Assembly (NCBI GenBank): GCA_963851105.1
Contig: CAWKNP010000012.1
Span: forward strand, 9,444-73,443
DNA from: an uncultured Actinomycetota bacterium
GTDB taxonomy: Bacteria > Actinomycetota > Acidimicrobiia > Acidimicrobiales > Palsa-688
Direction of reading: 5' to 3'
DNA length: 64,000 bases
Below the pieces are notes generated by a model that worked only from the letters and a program-made list of their open reading frames with translations, did no database searches and was not told where the DNA came from. Numbering within the stretch: position 1 is the first letter of the stretch; each line of letters opens with the position of its first letter. The position numbers were made by a program, and so were the translations under genes. Positions 8,503 through 18,200 of the stretch are shown in pieces.

Positions 8503-10642
8503 GGCCGTCGCGGGGGAGGGTGGCGGCGACGATGGTGCCGCCCCGGGGGTCACGGGTGATAGTGCAGGTGCCACCTAGTTCGATGGCTCGTTGATGCATG
8601 GTGGCTAGACCTCCTCCGGGACGATGCCCGTCGCCGAGCCCGATGCCGTCATCGGTGACCTCGATTCTCACGGCGTCGTCGGTGGCGTCGATTCGCACGG
8701 TGACGTGTTTGGGTTTGGCGTGGCGGGCGGCGTTAGTAACAGCCTCGGTGGCGATGCGATAGGCGGCGAGCTCCAACGGGGCCGGGAGCATGTCGAATCG
8801 ACCGCTGGTGCGCACGTCGGCTTCGAACCCGGCCGCGCCAGCCAGGGCTGCGGCTTGGCGGTCGACGGCGGCACCGAGTCCGAGTTCGGCCAATGCCGGT
8901 GGGCGCAACTCCTGCACCATGCGGCGAACGTCGCCGATGGCGTCGCGTACTTGGCCGCCCAGCTCGCCGAGCAGCTGTTCGGCGGGCGGGTGGCCCCGCA
9001 CCTGGTTGCGGGCTGCTTCCAAGCCGAACGACACCCCGGTGAGCAGGGGGCCGAGACCGTCGTGTAGTTCGCTCCAGATCCGCCGGCGTTCCTGCTCGCG
9101 CACCGCGGCGAGACGATCCCGCGACTCCTCGAGCTCGACGGCGAGGCGGGCCGAGGCGATGACCGCGGCGGCGTGGCGCGCCAAGTCGAGCAAGAGGCGC
9201 TGCTCGCGCCCCCGGAGTCGTTGCCCGCGATCAGCGGACACGGCCAGGCGACCGACGGTCTGGTCTCGGTGGACTAGTTCGGCCTCGAACACCTCGCTGC
9301 CCGCTTGGCCGCGTGCCGCCACCAGGTCCGGCTGGCCCGGGCGGGGAACGCTCAAAGCCACGTACGGCAGTCGCAGGGCTTTGGCGACCCCGTCGACAAC
9401 GGCGGCGACAACCTGGGCGGGGGGGATCTGGCCCTCGAGACGCAACGCCAAGCTGGCCAGCGCCTGGTAAGGCTCATCGCGCTGTCCGTACACCAGTCGA
9501 TTGGCGGTCCGTTGCAGCCGGTCCCGCAATGGTGCAAGGCACACCGCCACCAGCACTGCCGCGGCGAGCGACGGTACGGCGCCCGCCAGCAGGGTTCCGG
9601 CGGCGGCCACCGTGGCGGCGTAGATTCCTGCCAGGGAGAGGATGAGCGTCCCGTAGGTGAGGGAGCGGCTTACGACCAAGTCGATGTCGTAGAGCCGAAA
9701 ACGGGAGACGGCCACGGCGATGGCCAACGGCACCAGCAGCGTCCATGGGACCAAGATGACGGTGTCGAGCCACGGGCGGTAAGGGGATACGGCCTGGACG
9801 AGGGCCGCCGCCGCCGAGACGGCGGCGCACATCCCCACCGACCACAGGACCCAGGCCAGCTGGGTCCGCTCGGTGGGGTCGCCTCGGCGCCACCGAACGA
9901 CGAGGGCCCCGATGCCACCGACAACCACGATCGCCACCAGGAGCATGGCCACGGGAAACAGCACCGCCAGCGACGCGAGGGCGTGGATGCCGATCGGGTT
10001 GGTCAGCGCATGTCCCTTCGCATCGCAATTGCAGACGCCCCTGACGGCCCATGGGATCAGGGCGGTCACTGCGAAAAAGACCGAGGCAATGGCGGCAACG
10101 GCCATGAGCGGCCACCAACGGCGTCCCGGAAGGCGGCCGTCGGGGAACAATGCCACCACGGCGGCCAACGCCACGAACGACTGGGTGAAGCAAATGCTGA
10201 TGAGCACCCCCAACCAGGCCGCGGTCACGTCGCCGGGAGCCACCAGGTGGGGGTCAGGTTGTACGGCGCCGGTAACGAACTGAGCCAGGCCGCCGATGAG
10301 GAGGAGCCAACCGACTGGTCCCCCGCGGCGGCGGCCAGTCAAGAACATTCCTACGATTGGGAGGGAAAGGACGCGCAGTGCCCCTAACGGGTTCGTGTGG
10401 TTCACGGGCCACGACAGCAGCGGGGGCAGCGCCAGTGCGGCCAGGACGATCGCCGCCCCGAGCGCTGGGCCCAGCCAGGCGGTCGGGCGGAGGCCCCCGC
10501 CAGCGACCGATGCTGCTGGGGCGTCCTCCACGGGACCAGTTTGTAGCGGCATCTCGGGTGATGCCACCGGCAGCTGTTGATTGACTTGGGGAGCGCGGCT
10601 GGTGCGGCGGGGCTGACTACTGAGATCAGGGTTGGACGGCAT
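8492..10642 (-). CDS. sensor histidine kinase with polytopic N-terminal membrane domain, HisKA_3 + HATPase_c
   Basis: Ten or more hydrophobic segments. 'ERRRIWSELHDGLGPLL' H-box of HisKA_3 type. 'TEAVTNAARHAKPKHVTVRI...EVTDDGIGL' ATPase N and G boxes. Confidence 0.85.
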   Translation of the reverse strand: MPSNPDLSSQPRRTSRAPQVNQQLPVASPEMPLQTGPVEDAPAASVAGGGLRPTAWLGPALGAAIVLAALALPPLLSWPVNHTNPLGALRVLSLPIVGMFLTGRRRGGPVGWLLLIGGLAQFVTGAVQPDPHLVAPGDVTAAWLGVLISICFTQSFVALAAVVALFPDGRLPGRRWWPLMAVAAIASVFFAVTALIPWAVRGVCNCDAKGHALTNPIGIHALASLAVLFPVAMLLVAIVVVGGIGALVVRWRRGDPTERTQLAWVLWSVGMCAAVSAAAALVQAVSPYRPWLDTVILVPWTLLVPLAIAVAVSRFRLYDIDLVVSRSLTYGTLILSLAGIYAATVAAAGTLLAGAVPSLAAAVLVAVCLAPLRDRLQRTANRLVYGQRDEPYQALASLALRLEGQIPPAQVVAAVVDGVAKALRLPYVALSVPRPGQPDLVAARGQAGSEVFEAELVHRDQTVGRLAVSADRGQRLRGREQRLLLDLARHAAAVIASARLAVELEESRDRLAAVREQERRRIWSELHDGLGPLLTGVSFGLEAARNQVRGHPPAEQLLGELGGQVRDAIGDVRRMVQELRPPALAELGLGAAVDRQAAALAGAAGFEADVRTSGRFDMLPAPLELAAYRIATEAVTNAARHAKPKHVTVRIDATDDAVRIEVTDDGIGLGDGHRPGGGLATMHQRAIELGGTCTITRDPRGGTIVAATLPRDGHDT

Positions 10643-10739
10643 GTCACCCCTTCCTGTATCTGAGCCATCCGATCGGAGCCGTCGGTGAACGCGGCTTCAC
10701 CGGGCCAGTTATGTCGCGGCCCGGCGAAGCCGCGATCGG

Positions 10740-11240
10740 CTACGCGGAGAACGAAACCGGGCCACCACCCCGGGTGACCGCGAGGAAAGCGATAGGTGCG
10801 TCGCTGCAGCCGTTTGGGGTGCGGGCACCGACGGCGAATCCACTGAAGTGGTACGAGCCGTTGCCGCTGATTCCAGCGTAGGCGCCGGTGCCGTTGCTGA
10901 TTACGTAGGTGCCGGTGCCGCTGAAACGACTAACGCAGGTGACGCTATTGAACGTCCCGGAGGGACCGGGATTGTCAGTGTGGATCAGCGTCACAGTCCC
11001 GTTCGGGAAGGTGAGGGTCCCTTGACCGGTGGGGCCATTGCTCGGCTGCTCCACGTCGGTGCCGACAGCAGAGAAGGCGCCGTTGGCAATGACCGGGCCG
11101 CGACCGGCGTTGCTGGTCAAGATGATCGTGAACCGCTCGGTGCCCCCAGAGGGCTGTGCCGAGGCTTTGCCAGCCAACCCTGTCAGGGCCACCACGCCGG
11201 TGAGCAACACCGTCGCCATCGCAGTAGTGAACTTCTTCAT
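10740..11240 (-). CDS. secreted hypothetical protein (signal peptide)
   Basis: 'MKKFTTAMATVLLTGVVALTGLAGKASA' signal peptide with AGGAG 6 nt upstream. Gly/Thr/Ser-rich mature domain. First gene of a three-gene minus-strand unit with the kinase and regulator. Confidence 0.6.
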   Translation of the reverse strand: MKKFTTAMATVLLTGVVALTGLAGKASAQPSGGTERFTIILTSNAGRGPVIANGAFSAVGTDVEQPSNGPTGQGTLTFPNGTVTLIHTDNPGPSGTFNSVTCVSRFSGTGTYVISNGTGAYAGISGNGSYHFSGFAVGARTPNGCSDAPIAFLAVTRGGGPVSFSA

Positions 11241-11575
11241 ATGTCGCTCCTGTCTCCAACGATTTGGGTGCGGTGCTTGCCGCTTGGATGATCCCGGGCG
11301 TTTCCCACCGCTTCTGTCTGGGCCTTGTGCCCTCCGTCAGAGTGAAGCCACCGGTGTCCCGTTGTCATGGGGCCAGGTCCCGGCCAGCCGGGCAATTTGT
11401 CCTAGGACTCATGGCCTGCTTACTCACGACCTCGAACCGTGAATATGGGGGGCGGCATCTGAGCGCAGAATCGGCTTGAGCGGCGGGGCGCGACCGCGCC
11501 GCGAAAATTTGAAATTCCGGTTTCCGTTTTGGCCCATCGGGCGCCCGCTTGTAGATGACAAGAATTATCCGGAGG

Positions 11576-11805
11576 TGCCCTATGCCACCCAGTCCCGTTC
11601 CCGACACACCTGGCTCACGCTGGGCGAGCTGGCCGGACCGCTCCAGATCACCGAGCGCCATGTCCGCCGTCTCGTTTCTGAGAATCGCATCCCGTACCCG
11701 AAGGTCCGCGGCCGGCTCCGCTTCAACCTGGCCAGAGTCCAGGCGTGGCTCGACCGGAATAGCCACGATCCCGACCAGAGCGTCTGGCGTGGAAGACCGG
11801 CTTGA
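11576..11805 (+). pseudogene. second excisionase-like copy (xis paralog), N-terminus frame-disrupted relative to copy 1
   Basis: The HTH 'LTLGELAGPLQITERHVRRLVSENRIPYPKVRGRLRF' is conserved. A 1-nt deletion relative to copy 1 (GACACACC vs GAACACACC) puts the ATG in another frame. In-frame GTG sits directly against the GGAGG with no spacer. Confidence 0.5.
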
Positions 11806-11952
11806 GGGCGTTGTGGCGAACCGGAAGTTACCGGTGGTACCCCCTACGGGCACGACCCCTGGGCCGGACCACCTCCGGTTACGGACCGCCGGCAGATAGC
11901 CGCGTTCGACGCACGGCTGGGCCCATCAATGTGCCCGCCGAGGGTCGCCGCG

Positions 11953-12894
11953 TCACACCGGCAGCTGGGTGGGTATCGCGGGTGATTCGGCGCTCCTGCC
12001 GCGCCGAGCCCCGAATGCGTCGGCTCCGAGAACCGCCAGCGCGATCCACACCAGTGAGAAACCCGCCAGGCGGGCCGGTGGGAGCGTCTCGCCCAGGACC
12101 AACACACCGCACAACAACTGGCCGGTGGGGGTCAGGTACTGCAACAGCCCCAGCATCGACAACGGGATCCGGCGGGCCGCGGAAGCAAACAGGAGCAGCG
12201 GTACCGCGGTGACGATTCCGAGGGCGGCCAGCCCCAGATCTCGACCGATTGAGCCGTGGCCGAAGGCGGCAGTGCCTTGCACCTCGGCCAAGACGAGGGC
12301 GATGAAGGCGAAGGGGGCGAGCAACGCGGTCTCGACCGCGAGCGACGGGGCCGAGCCGATGGTCACCGCGTTCTTCTGGAATCCGTACCCGGCGAAGCTG
12401 ACCGCCAGGACCAGAGCAATCCATGGCGGCCGGCCGAAGCTCACCGTCAATACCGCCACTGATGCTGCTCCGAAACCAAGCGCGACCAGCTGCAACGATC
12501 GAAGACGCTCCTTGAGAACAAGTACGCCAAGGGCCACCGTCAGCAGCGGGTTCACGTAGTAGCCCAGTGCCGCCTCCACGACATGGCCATGATTGACCGC
12601 CCAGATGTAGAGGAGCCAGTTGCAGGCGATCAGCACGCTGGCGATAGCAAGGCGGCCCATCTGGCGGCGGTCGGCAAGCACTGGCCGTAGCCAACCGCGA
12701 GGACCTCGCCAGGCCAGGATGACGAGTACGACCAGAAACGACCACAGGATCCGGTGCAGCAGTATCTCGACGGCACCAACGGCCTGGAGGCGGTGGAATA
12801 CCAGTGGGAACAATCCCCACAATGAGTAGGCCGCCACCCCGGACAGAACACCCGCCCGATCGGCTCTGACATCGGTGGTGGGCGCGGCGGTCAC
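11953..12894 (-). CDS. rarD: RarD-type EamA/DMT family permease
   Basis: Ten-helix pattern with 'AYSLWGLFPLVF', typical of RarD/EamA. Confidence 0.8.
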   Translation of the reverse strand: MTAAPTTDVRADRAGVLSGVAAYSLWGLFPLVFHRLQAVGAVEILLHRILWSFLVVLVILAWRGPRGWLRPVLADRRQMGRLAIASVLIACNWLLYIWAVNHGHVVEAALGYYVNPLLTVALGVLVLKERLRSLQLVALGFGAASVAVLTVSFGRPPWIALVLAVSFAGYGFQKNAVTIGSAPSLAVETALLAPFAFIALVLAEVQGTAAFGHGSIGRDLGLAALGIVTAVPLLLFASAARRIPLSMLGLLQYLTPTGQLLCGVLVLGETLPPARLAGFSLVWIALAVLGADAFGARRGRSAESPAIPTQLPV

Positions 12895-13067
12895 AGCGAG
12901 ACGCTAGTCCCGGAGCCCTCCCTTCCTGCCCCCATTTTCCTCACACTCCAACGCAACTCCACCCCTCGGCTCTTCACATGAAGGCGAGAACAATGGCGGG
13001 AACGGAACGACAGGAGTGAGGAGGTGCGAACGCCATTCGGTGGAGTGCAGGGGTGAGGCCCGCCCGG

Positions 13068-13958
13068 CTACCAGCGCCCCTGAGCAACCTCGGAGTTGAC
13101 GACCGCGCCCACAATCACCGCCAAAGAGGTGAGAAAAAGCCACAGCAGCAGGACCACCACCGCGCCGAGTGCGCCGTAGGTTCCGGCAGCGCGGAACTTC
13201 GAGGCATTGGTGGCATACAGCGAAAGCCCGATCGACCCCGCGACCCAAATCGTCGCGGCCACGCAGGATCCCCACGTGATCCACTGCCAGCGGGGGCCTC
13301 TGCGATCAGGGCCGTACCGGTAGAGCACGGCCAGCCCGACGATCATGAGCGCCGCCAGGGCGGGAAATCGCAGAACGCTGGCACCGAAGCGGGTCACCCC
13401 CGCCAGACCGATATGGCTGAAGAACGAGGGAAGCGCAAGGAGGATACCGAGTGAGACGCCGAGCGCCACGATGACCCCCACGGTCAAGATGAGCGCCCGC
13501 AGGCGCAGCCTGACGTAACCCCGGGTCTCGGTCTCGCCATATGCCGCGGTGAGGGCGGTCAGGAGCCAACGCATGCCGCTCGACGCACTCCACAGCGCCA
13601 CCGACAGGCCCACCGCCAAGGCCAGACCGAGGCCACCAGACGAGCTGGAGGTGACGGTCTGCAGTTGGGCGCGGACGAGTTGGCGGGCCTCGGGTGGCAG
13701 GGTCGTAGCCAAGGAGGTGATCTGGCGGTCAACCTGGGCCCGGCTGACGACCAAGCCGTACATGGAGACCGCGGCGCCCAGCGCGGGAACGAGAGCCAGC
13801 ATGGCGTAGAAGGCGACGCCCCCGGCCAGCAATGGGACGTTCTCCACCCGGCTGCGGCGGATCGTCGCTCGAGCGACAGCCCGCCAACGCGGGCCGGAGG
13901 ATTCGACCTGACCCGACGGCATCAGCCAAGGCCGACGGGGCGCGACTTGCACCTGCAC
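13068..13958 (-). CDS. YihY/BrkB family inner-membrane protein
   Basis: 'VENVPLLAGGVAFYAMLALVPAL' N-terminal signature. Six hydrophobic segments. Confidence 0.8.
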   Translation of the reverse strand: MQVQVAPRRPWLMPSGQVESSGPRWRAVARATIRRSRVENVPLLAGGVAFYAMLALVPALGAAVSMYGLVVSRAQVDRQITSLATTLPPEARQLVRAQLQTVTSSSSGGLGLALAVGLSVALWSASSGMRWLLTALTAAYGETETRGYVRLRLRALILTVGVIVALGVSLGILLALPSFFSHIGLAGVTRFGASVLRFPALAALMIVGLAVLYRYGPDRRGPRWQWITWGSCVAATIWVAGSIGLSLYATNASKFRAAGTYGALGAVVVLLLWLFLTSLAVIVGAVVNSEVAQGRW

Positions 13959-14054
13959 CGGAACGATTCGAGGGGCGCCATCCCCGAGACGCTATGAGAA
14001 CACGAAGCTGTCCTCGACGCCCGGTATGGCGCCCTGCCTCGCCATCGGCCTGTC

Positions 14055-15185
14055 GTGAGCGAGGATGGTGCCGTGGCCTTGACGTGGGACCAGGTCCTGG
14101 CGTGGCGCATGCAACGCCAGTGGCTGACGCAACCGACAACGGGCGACGCGGTAGCAGTCGTCCGCCGGCTGGCCGGTGTGCAGGCCCAGGTGGCGTCCAG
14201 CGCCGCCAACGCGATCTCCTGCCGCCAGCAGTCGCCGCCGCCCGGCGAGGTCGAACAGCTCCTGTCCGAGCGGTCCTTGCTGCGGACGTGGGCGATGCGG
14301 GGCACATTACATTTGCTGGCCCCCGACGACGCGGCGTCGTACCTTTCCCTGCTAGCGGCATCCAGGAGCTGGGAAAAGGATTCGTGGCAGCGCACGTTTC
14401 TCAGCCTCGCTGACCTGGACCGCTTGACGAGCGTCGTCCGCGAGCTGCTGGACAGAAAGGTGTTGACCCGAGCTGAACTTGTGGCCGGTGTCGTGGATCG
14501 CACCGGGGACCAAGCGCTCGGCGACCATGTGGCGTCCGGCTGGGGCGCAGTGCTCAAACCTCTGGCGTGGCAGGGGGTGATCTGTCACGGCCCAACGTCC
14601 GGAGGGCGGATCTCTTTTACCCGGCCTGATACCTGGTTGCCCAACTGGCCGGGACTCCTCGCACCCGAAGACGCCGCCTCCGTCGCCATTCCCGCCTATT
14701 TGGGCGCCCACGGCCCGGCGAGCCCCGCCACGTTCGACCAGTGGCTTTGCCGGGGCGCCTCGAAGAAGGCGTCGTTGCGGGGTTGGTTCGACCATCTCGG
14801 CGGCCGGTTGACCTTGGTGGATGTCGAGGGAGAGAACCTTTATGCCCGCGCCGACGATATCGACGACCTCTCTACCGCCCGGGCAGCCAGTACGGTTCGG
14901 CTCCTTCCCGCATTCGACCAGTACATTCTGGCCCCCGGTACCGGTGACACCCGCATTATCTCCGCCTCCCGCCGATCGGCGGTGAGCCAGGCGGCCGGGT
15001 GGATATCGCCGGTGGTCGTGGCAGGCGGCCGGGTTGTCGGTACTTGCAAGGTCACCGACCAACAGCTAGCCATCGCACTTTTCGGTGAGGAGGGCCCTGT
15101 CGATCGCAGGGCCCTCGATGACGAGATCCGGGCTTTTGTTGACCGTTCCGGTGCCGACTACACCGTTACGGTCACGATTCTCTGA
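14055..15185 (+). CDS. winged-helix DNA-binding protein of the AlkZ/YcaQ-like (DUF1006) family
   Basis: Resembles the AlkZ/YcaQ family at 'LLRTWAMRGTLHLL'; 376 aa cytoplasmic. Family assignment is from memory of its motif pattern. Confidence 0.55.
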   Translation: MSEDGAVALTWDQVLAWRMQRQWLTQPTTGDAVAVVRRLAGVQAQVASSAANAISCRQQSPPPGEVEQLLSERSLLRTWAMRGTLHLLAPDDAASYLSLLAASRSWEKDSWQRTFLSLADLDRLTSVVRELLDRKVLTRAELVAGVVDRTGDQALGDHVASGWGAVLKPLAWQGVICHGPTSGGRISFTRPDTWLPNWPGLLAPEDAASVAIPAYLGAHGPASPATFDQWLCRGASKKASLRGWFDHLGGRLTLVDVEGENLYARADDIDDLSTARAASTVRLLPAFDQYILAPGTGDTRIISASRRSAVSQAAGWISPVVVAGGRVVGTCKVTDQQLAIALFGEEGPVDRRALDDEIRAFVDRSGADYTVTVTIL

Positions 15186-15283
15186 ACACGCCTGAGGCCG
15201 GCGGCAACCCCCCGCCTGGTCCCCAGCAGAAGTGCACCGTAGAGGTGCAATCCTGCTGGAAACGCTTCGGCAGGAAGTTGCGC

Positions 15284-18200
15284 CTAGCGGGCCCCCAGCC
15301 AGGTGGAGGCGAACGTCGTCGGCGCAGGCGCGGCGGCCGGGGCCGCCTTGGCCGCGGACACCGCAGACCCCGTGGTGGTTGAGGCCTTACCGAGGTCGAA
15401 GACCTGGACGGTTGTGCCGTTGACGATGGGCGTCGGGTCACCGGTGACCTGGGTACCGCCCGAGAGGGCCGTCACGTCGTAGACGTTCCAGATGTGTGAC
15501 AACCGGTGGTCGGCCACGATGGTGGTGAGCTCGCCGGCGGTCGTGGTTTCCCAGACCTCGGGAATGGCCTGGCCGATCCCGTACGGGGTTCCGTCGATCA
15601 GCACCACCGAGATATTTCCCACCGGCTTGGGCGCATCGGCGCCCGTTGTCTGGTCGTAGGCGTTCCACACACTCCCATTGAGGTGGTCGGCCGCATATTC
15701 CACCAGGTCGCCGTTTACTGCGCTGACCGTGTAGATGTGCGGCGTCGTTCCGATGAGAACGGGCGCGGGATTGCCGGCGATGGCGGGCGCCGCGGCGGCC
15801 GAGGCGGTCGTGTCGTAGGCGTTCCACACGACGCCGTGGGCGTGGTCGGCCACGTATTCGACCAGATGGTTGTTGGACGCGGCCCGGGTATAGACGTGGG
15901 GAACGCCGCCGACAATGAGGCCGGAGGGGCCCCCGGCAATGGTGACGCCGCCGCCGCCGGTTGCCGTCAGGTCGTAGATGTTCCAGGCGTGGCCGGAAGC
16001 GTTGTCATTCACAATCTCGACGAGGTCGCCGTTGGCGGCAATGCCGTAGACGTGGACGACGCCGCCGACCACGCGGGGATCGATATTGGTGACATGCGCC
16101 GATCCCGATCCGACAACGGTATTGATGTCGGTCGTGGTCCACGCACCGGCGGTGCCGTTGTTCTTGTATTGGATCAGGTCGCCGCCGGCGCCGAGGGCGA
16201 AGACGTTGAGGTTGGTGCCGTCGAATATCGCCTTGGGCGCCGAAATCACCGCCAGGGCCCCGGTGGTGGTGGCTGTCAGGTCAATCGGAGTCGACCACAT
16301 CGTGGCGCCGGTCTGATTGAACTCGAACAGGTCGTGGTTTGCCCCGGTGGCGAAGACGTGAGTCGTGTTCCCGCCATCGACCGTGGCGGCCACGGGACCG
16401 ATGTAGGTGGTCCCCGACGGGTTCGGGGCGACGGTAGCGGCCGCGAAATGGCTGTCATCGGTGAGTTGGGTGAATGCCTCGATGGTGGGTCCCGAGGCGG
16501 CGGGATTCACCCTGGTGACCGCCGCGCTGGCGGTGGCCGGTGCCGCGGCGCCGTTGAGGCCGACCAGCACCTGGCCTGAGGGCTGGAGACCGCCACCGTT
16601 GGGGCCGCTCACCCGCATGGCGCCGACGGAATCGATCCTGACCTCGCCACCGACGCCGAAGGTGGGGTCAGGGGCGCCGTTGTGGAACCGCATCACGATG
16701 GCAGGCGACGGGCCACAGGCGGCGAAATCGGCGTCGATGGCTATCACGTAGAGGTCGGCGCCCGAGAAGAGGATCTGGCCGCCGGTCGGCTTGCAGCTCT
16801 CGACCGGGCCGACCAGGAAGCCGCCGGTACCGAACGCCTGGTCAAAGGCGCCGGTGGCCAGCACGTGGCCGATGAACACCGACTGGCCACTGTTTCCGGT
16901 CACGTAGTAGCTACCGTCTTGGGCCTCGACGACGAAGGTTGGATTGTCAGCCGCGGGGAAAGCGGCGGTCGAGCCGCCCGTCCCGAAGCTCGTGTCGGGC
17001 GTCCCGGTGCTGATATAGCGCCGCAGGACCCAGGTCCGGGTGGCCGCGGTGTCGTCAGCCACCAGCGCCACGACGTCGTTGCTGTGGTTGATCGCAGCAC
17101 CTGCGTCCGCCGAGGTCGCGGCCGCGTCGGGGGCGGGAGCGCTCGGGGCAGCCGCAGCCGCAGCCGGGGTCGCGGCCGTCGCTGGAGCCCGCGCCACCGT
17201 GATGGTGATGAGCGGGCTCGTGGCAGGCGAACCCACACCGTTCGAAGCGATCACCCGGAAGCTGAAGCTGTGGGCCGCTGTCGGGGTGCCCGAGAGCAAC
17301 CCGGTCGTCGAGTTCAGGCTCAAACCGGTCGGCAGCTGGCCGGCGACGATGAAGGTGGGCGCCGGATTACCGCTGGCTGCGAACTGGTAGGAGTAGGCCA
17401 CCCCTACCGTTGCCGTTGTCGGAGGAGAGTCGGCGGTGAAATGGGGCGCGACGGGCCCGTTCGTGACGGTGATGGTCTCCGTCGGGGTGATCGCGGGCGG
17501 AGCGATGCCGTTGTCCGCCTGAACCTGGAACTGGAACTGGCCCACGGCGGTCGGGGTGCCCGACAGGACGCCTGTTGTTCCATTGAGGGCCAGCCCGGTC
17601 GGCAGGGTCCCGGACACCACGGAGAAGGTGGGTGCCGGGAAGCCGCTGGCTTGGAAGGTGTAGCTGTAGGCAACGTTGATACTGCCGGTGTTCGGAGGCG
17701 CCTGGGCCGTGAAGACCGGCGGCGCGGTCACATTGATCGTGAGCGCTGACGTAGTTGCGTCGGGGCTGACACCGTTGGTCGCCTTGACGGTGAACGTGAA
17801 GGCCCCGCTGACGGTCGGAGTCCCGGAGAGCACTCCGGTCGTCCCGTTGAGGGTGAGTCCGGTCGGCAGGCTGCCACTGGCCACGGAGAACGTCGGCGCG
17901 GGGATCCCGCTGGCCTTGAAGGTGTAGCTGTACGCCGCGCCCTTGGGTGCCGGGGTGGTCGGGATGGCGGCGGTGAAGACAGGCGAGGTCGGGGTCGGGG
18001 CGACGTGGATGGTGATCGACGGCGAGACCGCGTTCGGCGCGGCCCCGTTGGCGGCCACAACCGTGAAGGTGTAGTTCCCTGTCGCCGTCGGTGTGCCGGA
18101 CAGCACGCCGGTTACGACGTTCAGCGTGAGTCCGGGGGGAAGGGCACCGGTGTGGACGTAGAACCTCGGTGCCGGGCGGCCGCTCGCGGTGAAGGTGTAC

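Noticed and set aside
12904-14557. Additional ORFs overlapping the YihY and AlkZ-like genes (12904..13284, 13729..14361, 13922..14557)
   Set aside because: They are antisense or out of frame to genes with clear membrane-topology or family signatures. Their translations are Arg/Pro/Gly-rich.
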